Shown piece by piece: positions 45,337 through 52,842 of a DNA stretch of 64,000 nucleotides. Under the pieces are notes generated by a model. It saw nothing but the letters and a program-made list of their open reading frames with translations. It made no database searches and was not told where the DNA came from. The DNA is from an uncultured Bacteroidota bacterium (GTDB lineage Bacteria; CLD3; SB21): positions 324,595 through 388,594 of the forward strand of contig CAYPYN010000002.1 of the NCBI GenBank assembly GCA_964415295.1, written 5' to 3'. Position 1 is the stretch's first letter. Each line of letters starts with the position of its first letter. Both the position numbers and the translations under genes were made by a program.

Positions 45337-46830
45337 ATGACCCCTTCTCCAGCTATAAGAAATGCGATACTGATCACGGTCAACTCACAACACCAGTCCA
45401 TAGTTACCGATGTGCTCTACGGCGGCGAAACTCTGCTTAACCGTTCGCTCGTGGCTATGTCCAAATCCGGGATTACGAAGGCAACGATCGTCTCGGCACC
45501 GGGTTCATCCCAAAAGATTATGGAAATGATCAGTAAAGTCGATCATCGTCTTTCTCTCAAGTATGATATCACGGAACTGAGTCAAAATGAAATTTTATCG
45601 GTAAAGATCAAATCGATTACCGCCGGAAACAAAGAAAGCTTTTTGATTTTCGAGGCGGACAAGTTCATGCATCCAACCTTCCTTCAGCAGGTCGTGGCGT
45701 CGGAGCTTCCGGATAAAGCCGTACTCCCGGCTTATAAAGATGTGCTCACCAAAGACGGACAGGTTGTCTTTGCTCCCTCTTTTAAAGAAAAATTCAAGAT
45801 CATTTTTGCAAATGCCGGGAGTTTCAACAAAATCAAAGTTGAGAACGCCGACTGGTCTTTATTCAACTCCAATCCCATGACACTTTCTGCGGCCAATGTC
45901 CGTACTGTTTTGACACAGAACGGGAGCGGTATTATATCCACTGACGTGATGGTTTGTTCAGGAAATATATTAAACCGCTTGACTGATTTTCGATCCCTGG
46001 ATGAAGCAATAAATCAGGCGATCGGATCGGGCCTTGCATCAGTGGCATTTGTCAAAGATGCCTGGTGGCTGCGTGTCACGCCGTCCATATCGAAGTCGCA
46101 CATCAAAGAGATGATATGGAAAATCGCTTTTAAAGAGATCAGCGGGGAATTTTCCAAGGCGGTTAACTCCAAGATGTCAAAACCGTTATCATTTTATTTT
46201 GCACGTAAAGGCGTAACTCCCAATACCCTCAGCAATGCGCAACTGGTCCTGTTTCTTTTGGCCTCCTGTTTCCTGCTATTCAATACACACTGGGCGATGA
46301 TCGTATTTGCGGTAATCTGGCAGTTTTCCGCCGGCGTTTTGGACCGCTGCGACGGCGAGGTAGCCCGCATTCGCAATCACGAATCGGAATCCGGCGGTCG
46401 CTTTGACATGATCATCGACGACATGCGTTTTGGATTACCGTTCATCATATTGGGTGCGGTACTTTATCTGGAAAGTCAAGACTCATTGTATCTCTTCTCC
46501 TTTGGAGCGGCATTTGTCTGGTTCTTAGCCTTGACCCTGTACGAACAGAATTTCATGCGCAAAGCCGGGTATGTCAGCCGCCAGGTGATGTATGTCGATT
46601 ATATGAAAATGATCGGTGAGGATAGCCAGACAACGTCGGCATTGAAGAAATACGCACCTATCGCCAAGGGCGATATCAGAACGTTTTATGTTTTTCTTTT
46701 ATCTCTTTTTGGTCTAAAAGAGATTGTCTTTTGGGTACTTTTGGCTTATCTTACCTTAGTTCCTATCTCTTCCTTCGTGGGTGTCCTGCGCTTTAAGAAG
46801 GAATATTCCAAGAACCCGGGCCGGGTGTAG
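45337..46830 (+). CDS. Fusion protein: cytidylyltransferase-like N-domain + canonical CDP-alcohol phosphotransferase (DIPPS-like) domain (paralog 3)
   Basis: 497 aa. The C-domain motif DGEVARIRNHESESGGRFDMIIDD fits D-G-x2-A-R-x8-G-x3-D-x3-D exactly. The N-domain (~250 aa) lacks a glycine-rich loop. Confidence 0.75.
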   Translation: MTPSPAIRNAILITVNSQHQSIVTDVLYGGETLLNRSLVAMSKSGITKATIVSAPGSSQKIMEMISKVDHRLSLKYDITELSQNEILSVKIKSITAGNKESFLIFEADKFMHPTFLQQVVASELPDKAVLPAYKDVLTKDGQVVFAPSFKEKFKIIFANAGSFNKIKVENADWSLFNSNPMTLSAANVRTVLTQNGSGIISTDVMVCSGNILNRLTDFRSLDEAINQAIGSGLASVAFVKDAWWLRVTPSISKSHIKEMIWKIAFKEISGEFSKAVNSKMSKPLSFYFARKGVTPNTLSNAQLVLFLLASCFLLFNTHWAMIVFAVIWQFSAGVLDRCDGEVARIRNHESESGGRFDMIIDDMRFGLPFIILGAVLYLESQDSLYLFSFGAAFVWFLALTLYEQNFMRKAGYVSRQVMYVDYMKMIGEDSQTTSALKKYAPIAKGDIRTFYVFLLSLFGLKEIVFWVLLAYLTLVPISSFVGVLRFKKEYSKNPGRV

Positions 46831-47038
46831 AAAAAAAATAACACTGTGATTGGATTCCGCTTTTTTGGTTTCTCTTATTTAAGAGTATTTTATCTTAAAT
46901 ATTAGAAACACTGATTTTACTTAAAGATCTGTACGGCTTTCTTTTTCGGCACAATTATTGTCTATTACTGGTGGGAATTTCTGAAGGTCACTTGATCCTT
47001 AAGCTGTCTTTCACTTTAATTTCTGAAAGGGATACACC
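46831..47038 (+). promoter_or_regulatory. Intergenic region with the direct repeat AATTTCTGAAGG / AATTTCTGAAAGG upstream of the activase gene
   Basis: The two copies are separated by about 36 bp at roughly 46975-47030. It is the only gap over 100 bp in the co-directional block and is probably an internal promoter or operator. Confidence 0.3.
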
Positions 47039-50000
47039 ATGCACAATCCCGCATTGCGACCCGTTTATGTCGGCATTGACGTTGGTTCTATCAGCGTCAA
47101 AATGGCCGCGCTGACCGCACCTGAGGACGAACTTGGTTCTTCTGATCACTTCGAACTTTTCAAGAACCAGCGCTTCACAATGGCTCTGTCCCGCTATCGC
47201 CGTTCGAACGGCGAAAGCCTGGCCGTGACCGTGCAGATGCTGCGTCAGTTAACAGAAATAATTCCTCTGAGCCGCATCGCCGGGATTCAGGTCATTGGAT
47301 CCGGCGGACGACAGATCAGCGATCATTTACAGGCGCAATTCGAGAATGAATTTCGTGCCGTAGCCAAAGGCGTGGGTACCTTATATCCGGATGTTCAGAC
47401 CGTATTCGAAATGGGCGGCGACAATTCCAAGTTCCTTCATATTCAAATCAACAAGCAGAGCGGCATGATCGGGATCGAAGATTATGAAAAGAACGGCGAT
47501 TGCGCGGCGGGCACGGGGTCTTTTATGGATCAGCAGGCCAGCCGATTGAAATACAACATCGAAGAAGTAGGAGACATCGTACTGAAAGCCGGAAAAGCCA
47601 GTACCATTGCCGGCCGTTGCTCCGTTTTTGCAAAGAGCGACATGATCCACGCCCAGCAGAAAGGCGAACAGCCCCCTGAAATCCTCAAAGGTCTGTGCGA
47701 AGCGGTTGTCAGAAACTTTAAGAGTTCCATCGTTAAAGGACGTACGATCGCGCCCAAAGCCATTTTCATCGGCGGCGTCTCGGCCAATAAAGGTGTGGTT
47801 CAAGCCATGAAGAACTTATTTGAAATTCCGGACGAGGATTTCATCACGACGCCGTTTTATGCCTGGTGCGGAGCTATCGGCGCGGCGCTCTTGGCTAAGG
47901 AAGCGAAGGTTCTAAAAGATCACCGGTATCTCGAAAGCTTAATTTCAGAAGGAGAACTCAAATCAAATAATAGTTTTGCGTCGGGACAACCGCTTCACAC
48001 ACGCGATGTCATCTTTTTGCGTGACCGGGTGAAGCCGTATTCCTTTGAAGGAAAATCCATTCCCGTCAAAGCCTATTTGGGAATTGATATCGGTTCGGTC
48101 AGCACCAACCTGGTCGTGATCGACGACGATAATAATATCATAAAAGAGATCTACGTCTATACGCAGGCGAGGCCTATCGAGATCGTAAACCAGGGTCTTA
48201 AGGATATCCACCGGGAACTGGGCGGAAAAATATCCGTTGAAGGCGTTGGCACGACAGGTTCCGGGCGGGAATTGATCGGAGAGCTGATCGGCGCCGATGC
48301 GATTAAGGACGAGATCACGGCGCATAAGACGGGAGCCGTCTACATCAGCGACAAACTCATCCAAGCCAAAGTCGATACGATATTCGAAATCGGCGGGCAG
48401 GATTCCAAATTCATCAGCCTGCAGGATAATATCGTGGTTGATTTTGCGATGAACGAGGCCTGTGCGGCAGGAACCGGTTCCTTCCTGGAAGAACAGGCGG
48501 AAAAACTCGGCATCAGCATCAAAGGTGAGTTCTCAAAGCTGGCCTTGAGTTCCGCCAGTCCGATCAAGCTCGGCGAACGATGCACGGTCTTCATGGAAAA
48601 AGACATCAACGCCTTCATGCAGACGGGCGCGGCCAAAGAGGACATCGTAGCGGGACTTGCCTATTCCATTGTTCACAATTATCTCAACCGGGTCGTGCGT
48701 TCAAGGAAGATCGGCGACACAATCTATTTCCAGGGCGGCACCGCTTACAATGATTCCGTGGCCGCGGCCTTCTCGATGGTTCTGGGTAAGAAGATCATCG
48801 TGCCTCCGCACAACGGCGTTGTCGGCGCTATCGGCGCGGCTATTCTAGCCAAAGAAAAAGTTCTTGCCGGTCAGGATAAGACGAAATTCCGAGGCTACAG
48901 TCTTGATGCGATCAATTATACCGTTCGCCATTTTACCTGCCGCGCCTGCTCCAATTTCTGCGACATGCAGGAGGTCAAAGTGGATTCAGAAAAAACATTC
49001 TGGGGGGATAAATGCTCCGACAAATTCCGTAAGAAAGCCAAAGTGGATAAAAAGCCGGTCATACCCAACCTGGCCGATCTCCGGGAAAACATCCTCATGG
49101 AAACATTTGAACCGGGCCGTAATCAAGGGAACAAATCGATCGGGCTCCCGAGGAGCATGCATTTTTTTGAGAAACTTCCATTTTGGAATGCCTATTTCAA
49201 TAGCGTGGGTTTTCAAGTGGTATTGTCGGAATCTACCAATAAAGAGATCATTAATGCCGGCGTCGAAGCGACCATCGCCGAACCGTGTTTCCCGATCAAG
49301 GTCGCTCACGGTCATTTTAAGAATCTAATAGACAAAGGCTGCGATTATATTTTCCAACCCAATGTCATCGACGGCGAGACGAAGTTCATGAACTACAACT
49401 CCCACCATTGCCCATGGACGCAGACTTTGCCGTTCGTTCTCAAAGGCTCCTCTCTCGGTGAAGGCCGCGAAGAAATGATCCTGTGTCCGACCCTTCATTT
49501 CCGCGAAGGTCAGAAAAAGATATCGGATGAACTTTTTGATTATCTGAAGAGGCCCCTGAATCTCAAACGGACATTGCACGATAAAGCCGTGCAAAGGGCT
49601 TATGATGCCCAGCACCGGTTCCAGCAAAAGCTCTATGAATTGGGCCGTGACGCGATCCGTGCTATCGACGACAGCGGCGAAATGGCCGTGATCCTGGTCG
49701 GCCGCGTGTATAACGTGAACGACCGCAGCATGAATCTCAATATCCCCAACAAATTGCGGGAGTATTACGGGATTAATGTCATCCCCATGGACATGCTCGA
49801 TATTCATTCCATCGATATCACCGATATCAACAACAACATGTACTGGAATTCCGGCCGAAAGATCCTTCAGATTGCGAAGTTCATAAAGGACAGACCGCAC
49901 CTGCATCTCATTTACATCACCAATTTCAAGTGCGGTCCGGATTCTTACATCAAACATTTCGTCGCCGAGGCATCAGGGAAACCTTTTCTAACCCTGCAAC

Positions 50001-50125
50001 TGGACGGCCACGCCAACGACGCCGGTGTGGTTACCCGATGCGAGGCTTATCTGGACAGCAAGGGATTTTTCAGATCCCAAAATGCCTCCTACCGGTACGA
50101 AATGGAAAAATGCGACGTCTGTTAA
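47039..50125 (+). CDS. CoA-substrate-specific enzyme activase-like protein (two BadF/BadG/BcrA/BcrD-type ATPase domains + C-terminal Cys-containing domain)
   Basis: 1028 aa with two acetate/sugar-kinase-fold ATPase starts (VYVGIDVGSISVKMA and YLGIDIGSVSTNLVVID). The downstream Cys cluster is CRACSNFCD. Confidence 0.7.
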   Translation: MHNPALRPVYVGIDVGSISVKMAALTAPEDELGSSDHFELFKNQRFTMALSRYRRSNGESLAVTVQMLRQLTEIIPLSRIAGIQVIGSGGRQISDHLQAQFENEFRAVAKGVGTLYPDVQTVFEMGGDNSKFLHIQINKQSGMIGIEDYEKNGDCAAGTGSFMDQQASRLKYNIEEVGDIVLKAGKASTIAGRCSVFAKSDMIHAQQKGEQPPEILKGLCEAVVRNFKSSIVKGRTIAPKAIFIGGVSANKGVVQAMKNLFEIPDEDFITTPFYAWCGAIGAALLAKEAKVLKDHRYLESLISEGELKSNNSFASGQPLHTRDVIFLRDRVKPYSFEGKSIPVKAYLGIDIGSVSTNLVVIDDDNNIIKEIYVYTQARPIEIVNQGLKDIHRELGGKISVEGVGTTGSGRELIGELIGADAIKDEITAHKTGAVYISDKLIQAKVDTIFEIGGQDSKFISLQDNIVVDFAMNEACAAGTGSFLEEQAEKLGISIKGEFSKLALSSASPIKLGERCTVFMEKDINAFMQTGAAKEDIVAGLAYSIVHNYLNRVVRSRKIGDTIYFQGGTAYNDSVAAAFSMVLGKKIIVPPHNGVVGAIGAAILAKEKVLAGQDKTKFRGYSLDAINYTVRHFTCRACSNFCDMQEVKVDSEKTFWGDKCSDKFRKKAKVDKKPVIPNLADLRENILMETFEPGRNQGNKSIGLPRSMHFFEKLPFWNAYFNSVGFQVVLSESTNKEIINAGVEATIAEPCFPIKVAHGHFKNLIDKGCDYIFQPNVIDGETKFMNYNSHHCPWTQTLPFVLKGSSLGEGREEMILCPTLHFREGQKKISDELFDYLKRPLNLKRTLHDKAVQRAYDAQHRFQQKLYELGRDAIRAIDDSGEMAVILVGRVYNVNDRSMNLNIPNKLREYYGINVIPMDMLDIHSIDITDINNNMYWNSGRKILQIAKFIKDRPHLHLIYITNFKCGPDSYIKHFVAEASGKPFLTLQLDGHANDAGVVTRCEAYLDSKGFFRSQNASYRYEMEKCDVC

Positions 50126-50146
50126 TGCCGGATTGAAACCAATATT

Positions 50147-51481
50147 ATGACAAACGGAGACAATTATATGAATACTCATCAGCCTTCCTTGAAAGACCGA
50201 ACCGTGTATATTCCCCGAATGAGTTACGAAGGGGCGAGAGCGATGGCCGCGGCACTGAAAGCCATAGGGATTCAGGCACAGCCCGTGCCTCCGTCCGACC
50301 ACAACACGTTGGCCTTAGGAAAAAAATTCTCTTCCGGAGATGAATGCCATCCGCAAACAGTTACCCTCGGAGGCTTTCTGAAAATTTTAGAAATGCCGGG
50401 ATTTGACCCACAAAAGACCGCCTTTCTTATGCCGATGGCCGGTGGCCCTTGCCGATTCGGTCAATATTCCGTGTATGTGCGGAAAGTTCTGGATCAACTC
50501 GGTCATTCCGACATTTTGGTGTTCTCCCCCACCGGAGAGAATAGTTATGACGGATTCGGCGAACAAGGAAAGGGGTTTGCGCGGATCGCCTGGCGCGCGG
50601 TGGTGGCTTCGGATATTCTGCGCAAACTGCTTCTTAAAACACGTCCTTATGAGATCACACGCGGTTCATCCGATGCTGTATTCGAACAGTCGCTGGACCA
50701 TATTTGCGAGGCGATTGCTGCATGGAACGGAAACTCCAAGGAACATATGGAAGGTCTTCTGCATGCCTTAACGGTTTGTCGTGAACGTTTTCGGCAAATC
50801 AGCTGCAACTACGACCCGGACAGGCCTCTTATAGGTGTGGTCGGCGAAATCTACTGCCGTCTCGATGATTTTGCCAATGAGCAGATCCTCCGCGTCATCG
50901 AGGCTCAGGGCGGTGAAGCCTGGATGGCCGATATTTCCGAATGGATCTGGTATACCAATTACCGTCAGATCGGAACGATCCGCGATAAGGGACAGCGGTT
51001 TTCCAAAGCCATGCTGGCCGCCAAGATCAAGAACTTCGTTCAGCGGCGTGATGAGCATGCTCTGCTGGAACTATTCCGAGAAGATTTCAAAGGCTACGAA
51101 GAACCGCATCACGTCACACAGGTCCTTCAAAAAAGCCTTCCCTATCTGCCGCATTACGGCGCTCTTGGTGAAATGACCGTCAGTTCCGGCAAAGCTATGT
51201 ATCTTTATGAAAAAGGCGTGGACGGGATCGTGGATGTGAGCCCCTTTACTTGTATGAACGGAATAGTATGCGAAGCGCTTTATCCGAAGATCAGCCGCGC
51301 TCATGATAATATTCCAATGAAGGTATTCTATTTTGACGGAACCCGTTCCGATTGGGACAGGGACATCGGAATCTTTATTGAATTGGCGAGGAATTACAGA
51401 CAGAAGAAAACCCGTAAGCGGATATATCCAAATTATTTTTTGACTAAGGACGGAAATTCTGCTAACTTCCTTCGCGTGTAA
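50147..51481 (+). CDS. Activase-associated protein (HgdB/DUF2229-like, 2-hydroxyacyl-CoA dehydratase-related)
   Basis: 444 aa, separated from the 47039 gene by only 21 bp. In other genomes this domain is often fused to the C-terminus of the large activase proteins. Confidence 0.55.
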   Translation: MTNGDNYMNTHQPSLKDRTVYIPRMSYEGARAMAAALKAIGIQAQPVPPSDHNTLALGKKFSSGDECHPQTVTLGGFLKILEMPGFDPQKTAFLMPMAGGPCRFGQYSVYVRKVLDQLGHSDILVFSPTGENSYDGFGEQGKGFARIAWRAVVASDILRKLLLKTRPYEITRGSSDAVFEQSLDHICEAIAAWNGNSKEHMEGLLHALTVCRERFRQISCNYDPDRPLIGVVGEIYCRLDDFANEQILRVIEAQGGEAWMADISEWIWYTNYRQIGTIRDKGQRFSKAMLAAKIKNFVQRRDEHALLELFREDFKGYEEPHHVTQVLQKSLPYLPHYGALGEMTVSSGKAMYLYEKGVDGIVDVSPFTCMNGIVCEALYPKISRAHDNIPMKVFYFDGTRSDWDRDIGIFIELARNYRQKKTRKRIYPNYFLTKDGNSANFLRV

Positions 51482-51507
51482 TTGCATTCATTAAGCGGAG
51501 TCACGTC

Positions 51508-52239
51508 ATGAAAATGTTTCCAAAGATACCTCTGGCATTGACCTTGGCCGCCGTTCTGGTCTTTGTTTTCCGCATGGACGAAGCCTCATCCGGCGTAGAT
51601 CGGGTCGTTGTTGAGGATTTCTCAACCTCCATCACAGGTCAATTCCCAAAGAACTGGGGCTGGTTGGATGGTACGTCGGTTAAGAAGATCAGTGAAGCGT
51701 CGCCCGGAGAAGTGCCTTACGTTGTCCTTGAAGAAAACGGAAATAAATACCTCCACGCCGATGATGCGGGGCAAGCCGTTACGATCGTAAGCGACAAAAA
51801 ATGGAACGTCAAGAAATATCCCTGTCTCAGTTGGCGCTGGAGAGTAAAGCAATTCCCGACCGGCGCGAATGAAAAAAGGGCCGGCAAAAAGGACAGCCCG
51901 GCCGCATTGTACATCACGTATTATGTCAATTTCCTGGGCATTCCCAAAAGTATAAAATACATCTGGAGCAATGAACTCGGACCCTGCGATATTTTTAAGA
52001 ATGAAGGTACTGGAAAAGCCATGCAGACGGTTGTGGAATCGGGTGCAATAAAGAAAGATGTCTGGGTCACCGAGACCATCAATATTTACGAGCACTATAA
52101 AAAAGTCTTTGGTGATTATCCTCCCGATGAGATCGCGGGCATTGCTATCCGTACTGACGCCGACCACACCAAGAGCCGGGCAACAGCCGATTACGATGAC
52201 ATTGTTGCGTTGGCGGATTGCGATGGGAAGTGTAAATAG
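51508..52239 (+). CDS. Secreted DUF3047-like protein
   Basis: 243 aa with an N-terminal signal/TM segment and a GGAG Shine-Dalgarno site. Conserved W/Y-rich segments include WRWRVKQFP and IKYIWSN. Confidence 0.55.
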   Translation: MKMFPKIPLALTLAAVLVFVFRMDEASSGVDRVVVEDFSTSITGQFPKNWGWLDGTSVKKISEASPGEVPYVVLEENGNKYLHADDAGQAVTIVSDKKWNVKKYPCLSWRWRVKQFPTGANEKRAGKKDSPAALYITYYVNFLGIPKSIKYIWSNELGPCDIFKNEGTGKAMQTVVESGAIKKDVWVTETINIYEHYKKVFGDYPPDEIAGIAIRTDADHTKSRATADYDDIVALADCDGKCK

Positions 52240-52275
52240 CAGTACACACGATTAACCCTCAATGCTGAAAACACG

Positions 52276-52839
52276 ATGACGCCAATTGCTGGATCCAGAC
52301 ACGCAACCAAAAAGCTCGCGCTTTGTTTCTTTTTGTTTTTCACCATACCGGCCTTTATGGTCAAGGGTCAGGAAGAAAAACCGCCCGTTAACGCGCTGCG
52401 CTTTTCCAGTCAGATCGTCATCGGCACCGTCGGGGGCGTCATGGCCTCTCTCGCAGGAAATTATGTCGGTAATATTATTTTCTCGAGCGGCAAGACGAGT
52501 TCTGCCGTATGCTGGACCATCGGTGTAACCGCGGGCGTCGTAGGAATTGGAGAATTAGGCGGTCCGACCGGATCTTATAACCTGGCTTTCCTGGGCAGCG
52601 CCGTTGGCGCGATCCCATTCGGCGTTTGGGGTTATCGGGCGCTCGGTATGCATGAAGGTGTGATCTTTAAAAAGCGCGGACCAAAAAACTTAAAAGACTG
52701 GACAGGCATCCTGGCTTCGCCCGTGTTGTCAGCAACCGCATTTACACTGACCCGGAAGCACAAGAACCTGAGCGTTATTCCCGGGTACGATCCTGAGAGT
52801 AAAATGGCGACCCTGAGCCTGAATATCAGGTTCCGGTAA
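52276..52839 (+). CDS. Hypothetical glycine-zipper membrane protein
   Basis: 187 aa with a signal peptide and Gly-rich TM segments (GTVGGVMASLAGNYVGN and GVTAGVVGIGELGG). Confidence 0.45.
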   Translation: MTPIAGSRHATKKLALCFFLFFTIPAFMVKGQEEKPPVNALRFSSQIVIGTVGGVMASLAGNYVGNIIFSSGKTSSAVCWTIGVTAGVVGIGELGGPTGSYNLAFLGSAVGAIPFGVWGYRALGMHEGVIFKKRGPKNLKDWTGILASPVLSATAFTLTRKHKNLSVIPGYDPESKMATLSLNIRFR

Positions 52840-52842
52840 ATA

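Noticed and set aside
49325-49957. 210 aa minus-strand ORF
   Set aside because: It lies inside the activase gene on the opposite strand and has no motifs.
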